Shown here piece after piece: positions 1 to 8,959 of a stretch of DNA of 64,000 nt. The stretch lies in the NCBI GenBank assembly GCA_049472335.1, contig JBLIRO010000005.1, positions 1-64,000 on the forward strand, written 5' to 3'. The notes beneath the pieces were generated by a model. The model was not told the DNA's origin. It saw only the letters and a list, made by a program, of their open reading frames with translations, and did no database searches. Source of the stretch: a bacterium. Lineage in GTDB: Bacteria > SZUA-182 > DTGQ01 > JAFGSM01. A program made the translations under genes and the position numbers. Position 1 is the stretch's first letter, and every line of letters begins with the position of its first letter.

Positions 1-573
1 TTTTGTCGCCTTTATACTTTAGCCCAGTGTCTTGCCTTTTTTGTCATTCAATCCAAAAGCAATATTAAATTCCGTAGAATTTATTCCCATCCAGTTAATA
101 AATCTACTGGTTTGAGATGTGATCAAACAATTATGCTTACAGGGATCAAATCATCAAAATATTATCCGGAAAAGCTTCGACGTATTCATTACTATGATCA
201 AGAAAACAACAAAAACTTAACCTTTTTAACCAATAACTTTTGCCTTAATGCATTTATAATTGCTCAACTTTATAAAAATCGTTGGCAGATAGAATTATTT
301 TTCAAATGGATCAAACAAAATTTACGTATTAAGGCCTTTTATGGGACTTCAGAAAACGCTGTCAAAACACAAATATGGATTGCTATCTCAGTTTATGTAC
401 TTGTTGCAATTATCAAAAAGCGTCTTGATTTGGACCTCAGCCTCTACACAATTTTACAAATTTTGAGCGTCACCGTATTTGAAAAAATTTCAATTTTACA
501 ATTAGTTACACATTATGATTACAAATCCCAAATAAGTCCACCTTATAAGCAATTGACATTATTCGACTTATAA
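1..573 (+). CDS. IS4-family DDE transposase, C-terminal part (5' end outside window)
   Basis: Frame 1 is open from base 1 (FCRLYTLAQCLAFFVIQSKSN...). Contains FLTNN and the IS4-type Y-x2-R-x3-E-x2-F-K signature (LYKNRWQIELFFKWIKQNLRIKAFYGTSENAVKTQIWIA). Confidence 0.9.
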   Translation, partial: FCRLYTLAQCLAFFVIQSKSNIKFRRIYSHPVNKSTGLRCDQTIMLTGIKSSKYYPEKLRRIHYYDQENNKNLTFLTNNFCLNAFIIAQLYKNRWQIELFFKWIKQNLRIKAFYGTSENAVKTQIWIAISVYVLVAIIKKRLDLDLSLYTILQILSVTVFEKISILQLVTHYDYKSQISPPYKQLTLFDL

Positions 574-586
574 TGGGACACTAGTG
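568..586 (+). mobile_element. Probable right terminal inverted repeat of the IS4 element
   Basis: TTATAATGGGACACTAGTG overlaps the transposase stop and resembles the GGACACTAGTG-type ends of this IS4 subgroup. The left end is outside the window, so the pairing cannot be confirmed. Confidence 0.55.
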
Positions 587-724
587 ATTAGTAGATATTA
601 ATTTTATCAGTTATATCTTATACTTTGTTTGCTTGACATAATTTTTTTCTAAAAAGGTGGTGATGCAATAAAGGAGTTATCGCAAAACAAAATAAGAATC
701 CAATTTTATTAAGAATTTGCTTAA

Positions 725-2896
725 ATGGAGAAGAGGATGAAATATCAAATTTCAAAAAGAAAATCATTTATATTTTGTTTAATAGGCTTAACAACAATTT
801 TTTATCTTATATCTATCTGCATATTAAATGAAGCGGTTGCTTTTTACTTTCATTATGACGCATCAATAACACCTGATCATCCAACATTAGAAAATATATT
901 TTCAACTTGTGTAATGAGTGGGACATCATGGAGTGCTGCGGGAGGAGAATTGACATTAACAACAAAATATAGGCATGGTATCTGGTTTGGAAATTATAAT
1001 TATGATCCGGTACCATGGGAAATTGCAGACCCTGCCGAAGGGAACTTTTTTTCCATTCGAGCTAGATTGACACCAGGCTCAGGTGAATGGAGATTTAAAT
1101 GTTCAGATGGCGTTTATGGTGCCACCTTTTATTTTCTTGAAGATTCTGTACAATGTAGTGGCGGTTTAATAGACATTAATGTAAATCAGTATCATGATTA
1201 CTCAATTCTTTTGAAGAATGGCCACCTTACCCAAAAAATCGATGGCAATACAGTTTATTCAGGACCAGCTGGAATCTTGGTTACTAAGAGATTGATAATT
1301 GGAGATGGATCAGGATCGAGCATTTCAGGATATGGTTCTATGATTATCGATGAAGTCATTATAGATACAGAAGTTGAAGAGCCAGTTCAGTGTGATTGGA
1401 ATGATAGTGCTAATGCATATTTCTGTAATGGAGTTCAAATAACTCAATCATGTTTAGGGGAGGAGAATATCAACGAGTTTCAAATAATTGATGATCAATG
1501 GGCAACATGGATATATGGCTCAGGCCATCATTATGCTTATTATTTTACATGCTTGGATGAAGGGGTAAGTAGTATACGTCGAGTAACGCAAGAATGCTGG
1601 GTAATTGGTGGTGAAAATATTAATCAGTTTCAAGTAATTGGAAATAGAGCTGTGTGGATATATAGTCATGATGATCATTATTATGCTTATTACTCTACAT
1701 GTTTAGACTGTACTGCCGAAGGGTGGAGCATACAACAAGTTACAGAAGAGTGTTGGGTAATTGGCGGTGAAAATATCTTAGACTTTCAATTAATAGGCAA
1801 CACTGCCACTTGGAAATATTGTATTGATGCAGATTGTGAAGATCGTGAATTTACATTTTCTTCTTGTGCTCTAAATACACCTGCTGGACATGATGTATCT
1901 TGGCGGGATAAACTTGATACTGTTAGTATCGAATTTCCTGAAATATCGCAACCTGGTAATACATTCGTTAATAAACGGACTGAGCTTTGGACAAAAAAGC
2001 CCGAATCTCTTAGTAGATATATTCCAGTTCAACGCTATGATATTAGTACAACAGCCACCTATAAAGAAGAGATAAACGTTGGCTTTGGTTATAATGATAA
2101 TGACCTTCAACAAGTTTGCCCCAGTTGTAATATAGATAATTTACGAGTTCTCCATGAAGAAGCACCAAATATCTGGAAAGATGTAACTACTTCTTTGGAT
2201 ACTATTAATAAGACTATTCGTGGCACTATATCCTTTTTTTCTGAATTTCTCATAGCATTTGCAGCGGAAGATGGTGATCTTGATGCTGATGGAGATGTAG
2301 ATTACGATGACTATTTAACTTTTGGAAAGATTTTGGGCTTGTGCAGTAATGATAATAATTATATGGTTGCGGCAGATGTTGATGAAGATGGTTGTATAAC
2401 GGAATCTGATAGAGACCTCTTATTCAATGAAATATCAATTGAAACAAACATGCTTGCAGGTTGGAGCATGATATGCCTTCCGGCTATATCAGAAAATGCC
2501 TATGTTTTGTCATTATTTCCTGATGCAAAAGTTATTTATGGTTATGAAAAGGGAAAAGGATATGTACGTGTCAAAGATGGAGAAAATATGGAGGTTAGAA
2601 AGGGATATTGGATATTATTAAATGAGGCAAAAACTTATACTCTGACAGGAAGGCCTATAAATAATTATACCCTTTCAATAAATGAAGATGGATGGCATAT
2701 GATTGGAGGATGTACATTATCAGCTAAAGCGTTATCAGATAATTGCACTATTAAAGTCATCTATGGTTATGAACAAGGATCTGGATATACACGGGTTCCT
2801 GAGTCAGAATATTTACAGCCTGGCAAAGGATATTGGATACTGTTTGAAGGTGTTACTGAGCAAGCGAGCTTAAATGTTCAAGTAACATTGGAATAG
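725..2896 (+). CDS. Large secreted multidomain protein: lectin/LamG-like N-region, three Cys-containing repeats, surface-protein beta domain, dockerin-like EF-hand pair, duplicated C-terminal module
   Basis: N-terminal basic plus hydrophobic signal. Three T(Q/E)(S/E)C..GEN repeats. DGDLDADGDVDYDD and ADVDEDGCITESD Ca-binding loops. Two copies of GW.MI....KVIYGYE.G.GY.RV...GYWIL. AT-rich DNA. Confidence 0.75.
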   Translation: MEKRMKYQISKRKSFIFCLIGLTTIFYLISICILNEAVAFYFHYDASITPDHPTLENIFSTCVMSGTSWSAAGGELTLTTKYRHGIWFGNYNYDPVPWEIADPAEGNFFSIRARLTPGSGEWRFKCSDGVYGATFYFLEDSVQCSGGLIDINVNQYHDYSILLKNGHLTQKIDGNTVYSGPAGILVTKRLIIGDGSGSSISGYGSMIIDEVIIDTEVEEPVQCDWNDSANAYFCNGVQITQSCLGEENINEFQIIDDQWATWIYGSGHHYAYYFTCLDEGVSSIRRVTQECWVIGGENINQFQVIGNRAVWIYSHDDHYYAYYSTCLDCTAEGWSIQQVTEECWVIGGENILDFQLIGNTATWKYCIDADCEDREFTFSSCALNTPAGHDVSWRDKLDTVSIEFPEISQPGNTFVNKRTELWTKKPESLSRYIPVQRYDISTTATYKEEINVGFGYNDNDLQQVCPSCNIDNLRVLHEEAPNIWKDVTTSLDTINKTIRGTISFFSEFLIAFAAEDGDLDADGDVDYDDYLTFGKILGLCSNDNNYMVAADVDEDGCITESDRDLLFNEISIETNMLAGWSMICLPAISENAYVLSLFPDAKVIYGYEKGKGYVRVKDGENMEVRKGYWILLNEAKTYTLTGRPINNYTLSINEDGWHMIGGCTLSAKALSDNCTIKVIYGYEQGSGYTRVPESEYLQPGKGYWILFEGVTEQASLNVQVTLE

Positions 2897-3122
2897 CGAT
2901 TTTCATAGGCTATATTTTCAGCCAATTTAAAGCATTAGATTTTCTATCTCCCTAATTATTCCATTATTACTTATTGTCGCTTTCAAATTACGATACTTTT
3001 TGTTATCCTTAAACCATAATGCCAAACAGAACAAAAGCCTGGAAAAGGAATGGATATAGATTTATGGGCTGGCTGATTTCCCTCCCTGGGATTATAGGGC
3101 AATAGGGGTAATATAAAAAATC

Positions 3123-5351
3123 ATGATAAGGCAGGAAAAATTCATACATTCAAAAGAAATCTTGCCCATACAGGGTGAGATGGAAAGGATTGTCTACCAG
3201 AGCGATGAAGACAGTTATACAATAGCCAGGTTCAGGCCTTCAGGGCAGCCGGAGGAGATCACCATAACCGGCAATCTGGCGGGTGTCAAGCCGGGAGAGA
3301 TACTGAAATTAAAAGGGGCATGGTTCACTCATAAGAAATTTGGTCCGCAGTTTCGCGTGGAAAGCTTTACATGCCTTGTTCCCTCAAGTGTGAGGGGGAT
3401 AGAGAGATATCTTTCTTCGGGCCTGATCAAGGGGATCGGACCTGTTATGGCAAAGAGGCTTGTTCAGAAGTTCGGAGAGGAGACACTGGAGATAATCGAA
3501 TCAATGCCCGAGAGGCTAAGTGAAGTGGAAGGGATAGGGCCTAAAAGGGTTTCTATGATTATTGAGGCATGGAAGGCCCAAAAAGAGATCAAGCAAATCA
3601 TGCTGTTTCTTCAGGGGCATGATGTCAGTGCAGCCCTGGCAGTAAAAATTTACAAACACTATGGGCAAGAAGCAATCAATGTGGTTAAGGAGAATCCATA
3701 TCGCCTGGCAACGGATATCTTTGGTATAGGCTTCAAGACCGCTGACAAAATAGCCCAAAAAATAGGGATCCCCAGCGACTCACCCATGAGGGCCAGGGCC
3801 GGCATCTTGTTTATATTAAACCAGATGGCTGACAAGGGGCATTGTTTCCTCCCTATTAACATATTGATGGAAGAATGCCTAAAATCTCTTGAAATTCGTG
3901 AAGAGTTAATTAATGAAGCAATTCGGGACTTGTCCGAAGAAAAACAGATATTCCTGGAAAACATTGCACCCGGCGGTATGAAAAACGGATCGGAACAAGG
4001 CGTCTATCTCGCCTCATTCTACACGGCGGAAACAGGAATCTGTCGATTCATAAAAAGGCTCAGTAAATCTCCGAGGGGAATCAGAAATATAGATTCGGAA
4101 AAGGCCCTGCCCTGGGTGGAAACCCGAATGGGAATGACGCTCGACCCTGTTCAGAAAGAAGCCGTGTCCAAGGCGCTGAACAATAAAATTCTGGTTATAA
4201 CCGGGGGACCGGGAACAGGGAAGACGACTATTATCAAGGCCATATTGACTATCCTGAACGAGCTGAAAATAAGGATCTCCCTTGCAGCGCCTACCGGCAG
4301 GGCCGCAAAGAGGATGCAGGAAGCGACTAATCATGAGGCAAAGACTATCCATCGCCTGTTGGAGTTTAGTCCTCAAAAGGGGAAATTTCTCCGGGATGAA
4401 AAAAACCCGCTTCGCGCTGATTTTGTTATTCTGGACGAAGTATCCATGATTGATACCATACTCATGTATCATCTCCTGAAAGCTATTCCAACCCATGCCT
4501 GTCTTATCCTTATAGGAGATTCAAACCAACTGCCTTCAGTGGGTGCTGGTAATGTGCTAAGCGATATCTGTGCCTCAAAATATATCGACACCGTGAAGCT
4601 GGAAAAGATATTCAGGCAGGCCCAAAAAAGCCTTATTGTAACGAATGCCCACAGGCTTCTTGTGGGAGATTTTCCAATAATCCCTAAAAAGGGAGACGAA
4701 GCGGATTTCTTTTTTGTTTTTGAAGAAGAGCCCGAAAAGGTGGTTAATTTGATCATAGAGTTGTATAAGGTGCACATTCCAAACCGTTTCAGATTTGATC
4801 CTTATCAGGATATTCAGGTTATAACTCCTATGAACCGAGGTATTGTAGGGGCCTTGAATCTCAATAACACTTTACAATCCCATCTGAATCCGAAAAGTCC
4901 TGGTCTTCATAGGGGTGGACGTTTATTTAAGCTTTATGATAAGGTCATGCAGATAAGGAACAATTATGACAAAGAGGTTTTCAATGGAGATATCGGAAGG
5001 ATAATTCATCTTGACGAGGACATGTTGGAATTGTCAGTGGAATTTGATGGCCGTTCAGTTTTATATGACCTATCCGATCTTGACGAGCTCACATTGGCTT
5101 ACGCCATCACGGTGCACAAATCCCAAGGGAGTGAATATCCGGCCTTGATTATGCCTGTAACGACCCAGCACTTTCCCCTTTTGCAGAGAAACTTGATATA
5201 CACGGCCCTGACACGGGCAAAAAGGCTTATGATTATGGTAGGAACCAAGAAGGCCCTTGCTATTGCAATTCGAAACGCAAAAGTTGATATGCGTTATTCA
5301 TTTCTTGAAGAGAGGTTAAAGGTTACTGATAAGAACGGATCAAAGGTTTGA
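3123..5351 (+). CDS. recD2: ATP-dependent RecD-like DNA helicase (RecD2)
   Basis: N-terminal HhH motifs (IKGIGP, VEGIGPKR), Walker A GGPGTGKTT, APTGRAAKR, DEVSM, GDSNQLPSVGAG, AYAITVHKSQGSEY, YTALTRAK. Confidence 0.95.
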   Translation: MIRQEKFIHSKEILPIQGEMERIVYQSDEDSYTIARFRPSGQPEEITITGNLAGVKPGEILKLKGAWFTHKKFGPQFRVESFTCLVPSSVRGIERYLSSGLIKGIGPVMAKRLVQKFGEETLEIIESMPERLSEVEGIGPKRVSMIIEAWKAQKEIKQIMLFLQGHDVSAALAVKIYKHYGQEAINVVKENPYRLATDIFGIGFKTADKIAQKIGIPSDSPMRARAGILFILNQMADKGHCFLPINILMEECLKSLEIREELINEAIRDLSEEKQIFLENIAPGGMKNGSEQGVYLASFYTAETGICRFIKRLSKSPRGIRNIDSEKALPWVETRMGMTLDPVQKEAVSKALNNKILVITGGPGTGKTTIIKAILTILNELKIRISLAAPTGRAAKRMQEATNHEAKTIHRLLEFSPQKGKFLRDEKNPLRADFVILDEVSMIDTILMYHLLKAIPTHACLILIGDSNQLPSVGAGNVLSDICASKYIDTVKLEKIFRQAQKSLIVTNAHRLLVGDFPIIPKKGDEADFFFVFEEEPEKVVNLIIELYKVHIPNRFRFDPYQDIQVITPMNRGIVGALNLNNTLQSHLNPKSPGLHRGGRLFKLYDKVMQIRNNYDKEVFNGDIGRIIHLDEDMLELSVEFDGRSVLYDLSDLDELTLAYAITVHKSQGSEYPALIMPVTTQHFPLLQRNLIYTALTRAKRLMIMVGTKKALAIAIRNAKVDMRYSFLEERLKVTDKNGSKV

Positions 5352-5555
5352 CTTTGAACCTGAAGGAGGGTTATCCTCCGGACTGAGTTGCGAGATGGCC
5401 TTTTTTAATCCTTTACTCATATTGTTATATAGATTTGGAGGTTCATTCTTAAATATCTCATCCAGTTTTTTTCTCAGGTTTTCTTCGAAAAGCTTTACCA
5501 GTATTTTGTTCTCTTTACTGATGTTTAAAGGTCTGTCCAGTACCGCACGTTTCAT
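5340..5555 (-). CDS. Small hypothetical protein resembling the Fis-like dimerisation helices of the adjacent sigma-54 activator, without HTH
   Basis: GGGGTG RBS 5 nt before ATG. Sigma-54 promoter upstream. 11/35 ungapped identities to the C-terminal region of the 5812..7251 protein. Confidence 0.65.
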   Translation of the reverse strand: MKRAVLDRPLNISKENKILVKLFEENLRKKLDEIFKNEPPNLYNNMSKGLKKAISQLSPEDNPPSGSKSNL

Positions 5556-5662
5556 TGTATCACCCCGTTTTTAAAAGGTAAAACAATTATACTGCACCAA
5601 TAGTAACTACAATTTTATAAAATCTTAGCTATCCCACCCAATAGATGACGATAAGATATATA

Positions 5663-5678
5663 TGCAAACGGGATACCA
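5663..5678 (-). promoter_or_regulatory. Sigma-54 (-24/-12) promoter for the 5340..5555 gene
   Basis: Minus strand reads TGGTATCCCGTTTGCA = GG-N10-GC, about 110 bp upstream of the ATG. Confidence 0.7.
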
Positions 5679-5811
5679 AAAAATTATTTTAACAAATAAA
5701 CCCAAAAATCAGCTATTTATGTTTTTAAACAAACAATATTGATCACATAGAAAACAGATATTGGTCACTTTTTGACTATTTTTTATTTATATCCTGATAC
5801 ATAACTAATAT

Positions 5812-7251
5812 ATGGTAAAAAAAAGGATAATTATAGGAAATCACCAGATAGACCCTCTTAAGCACCTTGCCTCCGCACTTGAATCTCAGAGCTATGAAGT
5901 AAAGATGGCAAGAACGGGACTGGAGGTCCTGGAGTTGTTCGATCAGACAAATCCAGGCCTGATCATTCTGGACACCTCCCTCCCCCACAAAAACGGTGTG
6001 GAACTTCTTAGAATCATTAAGGAAAGAAGTCCTAATCTGCCGGTCATGGTGGTTGCTGATAAAATTTCAACCAATGCGGCTATCGAGACAATGAAGCTGG
6101 GTGCGTATGATTACATAACACAGCCTTTCGATATCCCGAAGGTTTTGGATATTATCAAGACAGCCATCTCCCCTCAGACGGTAAAAAAGACCATAGCTAT
6201 TAATCCGGCGGTGATGTCGGATGAAATATATGACACGGATACAATTATCGGAAATAGCCGTGAGATGCTGGAAATTTACAAAATGATAGGACAGGTTGCC
6301 CAAAGCGATGCCCCGGTCCTGATCCAGGGTGAGAGTGGCACTGGAAAGGAATTAATCGCCAGGGCAATTTACCACCATAGCCTCCGGAAAAACAAGCCTT
6401 TTCTGGCAGTAAATTGTGCCGCCATACCGGAGCAGCTTCTGGAAAGTGAGCTTTTCGGGCACGAAAAGGGCTCCTTTACCGGCGCGCTCAGTAAAAAAAC
6501 CGGAAAATTTGAGCAATGTCATGGAGGCACAATTTTTCTGGACGAAATCGGTGATATGTCTCTCTCGGCCCAAAGTAAAGTTCTCAGAGTATTACAGGAT
6601 CAGGTTTTTGAACGCGTAGGCGGCCAGGAAAGTATCAGGGTTGATGTCAGAGTCATTGCAGCCACCAACAAAAGTCTTGTTCAGGCAGTTAAAGATGGTT
6701 TGTTTCGAGTGGATCTTTTTTACCGCCTCAAGGTCATTTCATTTTATATCCCGTCTTTGAGGGATAGGCCGGAGGATATACCTTTACTTGCCGATTATTT
6801 TCTCCTGAAATACAGGCATAAATTAAAGAAGCCGATCAACGGCATTTCTCATCAGGCAATGATGATCCTGAGTCAATATCATTGGCCGGGCAATATCAGA
6901 GAACTTGAGAATGTTATTCAATCGGCAATTGTTCTTTGCAAAGGTGATGTTGTCCTGCCGGAACATCTTCCCATGGGTGACATGGCCTTGTCTTCAAAAC
7001 AAAGGATATCGGCGTCAGCGGCGGATGTGGAAGACTTTGCAACCATGTTTGAGGAGATTATAAGACCTATCATGGACCAGGTGTCCAAGTCAAATGATGA
7101 AAACTGGGCGGCACAGCTTACCGACGGGATGGAAAAAGCACTTCTGAAGTTGACTCTTCAGCGGGTAAACGGAAATCAGGTCAAGGCATCTAAGCTTTTG
7201 GGAATAAGCCGGAATACATTGCGGAGTAAGATCGAAAAATTTGGCTTATAA
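5812..7251 (+). CDS. Sigma-54-dependent NtrC-family response regulator (receiver, AAA+, Fis-type HTH)
   Basis: GESGTGKE, ESELFGHEKGSFTGA, FLDEIGDM, RVIAATN, WPGNIRELEN, GNQVKASKLLGISRNTLRSK. Confidence 0.95.
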   Translation: MVKKRIIIGNHQIDPLKHLASALESQSYEVKMARTGLEVLELFDQTNPGLIILDTSLPHKNGVELLRIIKERSPNLPVMVVADKISTNAAIETMKLGAYDYITQPFDIPKVLDIIKTAISPQTVKKTIAINPAVMSDEIYDTDTIIGNSREMLEIYKMIGQVAQSDAPVLIQGESGTGKELIARAIYHHSLRKNKPFLAVNCAAIPEQLLESELFGHEKGSFTGALSKKTGKFEQCHGGTIFLDEIGDMSLSAQSKVLRVLQDQVFERVGGQESIRVDVRVIAATNKSLVQAVKDGLFRVDLFYRLKVISFYIPSLRDRPEDIPLLADYFLLKYRHKLKKPINGISHQAMMILSQYHWPGNIRELENVIQSAIVLCKGDVVLPEHLPMGDMALSSKQRISASAADVEDFATMFEEIIRPIMDQVSKSNDENWAAQLTDGMEKALLKLTLQRVNGNQVKASKLLGISRNTLRSKIEKFGL

Positions 7252-7323
7252 ATCAAAACTTCTCAAAATCCCGGTGCAATCTTGAGAAGAACTGTCAGTA
7301 TCCTAAAACCCATTGTCTTTTCT

Positions 7324-8010
7324 TTAACTTAGACAAAACCAAAATCTGAGATCTCTTTTTTCTTCCTCTTTATCATTCAAAGGCTGCTGCTCATCCATGA
7401 TGTATTTTAGCAGTCTCTTCCTGCCAATAGGTTCCATATCTATAAAGTGGACTCCAACCAGAGCACTATCTGTTTTTTTGCGCTTTTCCACACTTACCAC
7501 ACTAGCAAGGGCAAATACATCAAGGTAGGGAAAGATTGGCACCTCTAAAAGCATATCAAGCTGCTGACCACAATCCAGAGGATATTGGGTAAGAAAACGC
7601 GCCCCTCCTCCACTTATATCCTTGCCCTCCGCATTAATAAATAATCCCTTATAATCCTTTGGCTTGAATTCAATATGGATTGGCTGCTGCAGCCTGAAAT
7701 ATCGTCTCCTGTCTATTGAACGAAGCCTATCACTGGGTTTAACTACTATCACTGAATCATCTTTATTAATATACCTGTCTATTGTCGAGCTCAGGCAGTA
7801 AAGGCACATTCCCTTTTCCCACAAAATCTCAATTCTCCGCCCTTCCAGATAATTCTTATCCATAATTGGGATATTGATATAAATACCGTCCTTTTCTACC
7901 CGGTCTATATCTCCATTTGGGATTTCCATACGACCTTTAGGATGAAGTCCTTCCAGTCTGACACATACCCGATGCCCTATGGTGAGCATTTGCTGTGTGG
8001 CTTTGGTCAT
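7324..8010 (-). CDS. YcgR-like PilZ-domain c-di-GMP-binding protein (flagellar brake family)
   Basis: RRRYFRL (RxxxR) and DISGGG (DxSxxG) PilZ motifs after an N-terminal beta domain. Confidence 0.85.
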   Translation of the reverse strand: MTKATQQMLTIGHRVCVRLEGLHPKGRMEIPNGDIDRVEKDGIYINIPIMDKNYLEGRRIEILWEKGMCLYCLSSTIDRYINKDDSVIVVKPSDRLRSIDRRRYFRLQQPIHIEFKPKDYKGLFINAEGKDISGGGARFLTQYPLDCGQQLDMLLEVPIFPYLDVFALASVVSVEKRKKTDSALVGVHFIDMEPIGRKRLLKYIMDEQQPLNDKEEEKRDLRFWFCLS

Positions 8011-8172
8011 AACGTCTTCTCCTTATTGACTTATACCAACGGCCAAGAATAATGATATCCCAAAGGAGTGTTGAGGGTGAGCTGAAATCCAAGGTTCATT
8101 TAATGGGGCAAGCTATATAGTAATTTAAACTTGACCTTGCTTCAGTTCATTTTCTATATGCACCTATTTTTC

Positions 8173-8199
8173 ATATCGGACAATCGACAAAATTTCTTA
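8173..8199 (-). promoter_or_regulatory. Candidate sigma-28 (FliA) promoter for the PilZ gene
   Basis: Minus strand TAAG-N15-TCCGATAT versus consensus TAAA-N15-GCCGATAA. ycgR genes are typically FliA-controlled. Confidence 0.45.
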
Positions 8200-8203
8200 G
8201 GGA

Positions 8204-8959
8204 TTAGAGTGAAAATGGCATAGAATAATAAACCCTGACCAAAAAAAGACCCTGGGGCGGGGCAGTTGGGCCCGCCTGGGTGGGATCGCCGGACAAAAGA
8301 ATCCGGTTGAATTCATCGGGAGTGAAGCGACCTCTGCCGACCTCTATCAGGGTTCCCACCATACGTCGAATTTGCTTTCGAAGGAAACTATTACCAAGGA
8401 ACTCGAACTGCATCTGATTATCATTTTCAACCAGTTCAACTTTCATCAGCTTTCTAGTGCTACTCATATGATCGTTTTTTGCAACACTAAAGGCTGAGAA
8501 ATCATGCTCTCCCTGAAGCATTGGAAGACATACCTTAATCATTTTAATATCCAGCTTATCGGGCAAAAACCAGGTATAGGGCCATTGAAAAGGGTCTCTG
8601 GTCAATCCCCTGAAGATCTTGTAAATGTATCTTTTGGCGAGAGCTTGTTTGCGTGCGTGGAAATCCGGATGCACATCAAATACCTCCTCTATAGATATGT
8701 CTTTTGGAAGGATACTATTTAACGCCATCCTTAGATTGTAAGCCGGGATCCCGGAATCTGTCCTGCAATGAGCCACTTGACCCAACGCATGGACACCCGC
8801 GTCTGTACGTCCTGCAGCAGTCACTCTGCAAGGGGTATTCAAGACAACCCTAAGCGCCTCCTCCAGCTCACCCTGTATTGTTTTCTGACCGGGCTGAACC
8901 TGCCAGCCGGCATATCTTGTACCGTCATATTTTATAGTTAACCGAAAGGTCCTATTCAT
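8204..8959 (-). CDS. truA: tRNA pseudouridine(38-40) synthase TruA
   Basis: YDGTRYAGWQ, AGRTDAGVHALGQV, GEHDFSAF, APPQGLFL. Confidence 0.97.
   Translation of the reverse strand: MNRTFRLTIKYDGTRYAGWQVQPGQKTIQGELEEALRVVLNTPCRVTAAGRTDAGVHALGQVAHCRTDSGIPAYNLRMALNSILPKDISIEEVFDVHPDFHARKQALAKRYIYKIFRGLTRDPFQWPYTWFLPDKLDIKMIKVCLPMLQGEHDFSAFSVAKNDHMSSTRKLMKVELVENDNQMQFEFLGNSFLRKQIRRMVGTLIEVGRGRFTPDEFNRILLSGDPTQAGPTAPPQGLFLVRVYYSMPFSL

Noticed and set aside
6466..6490. GSFTGA instead of GAFTGA in the activator
   Set aside because: Common functional variant.
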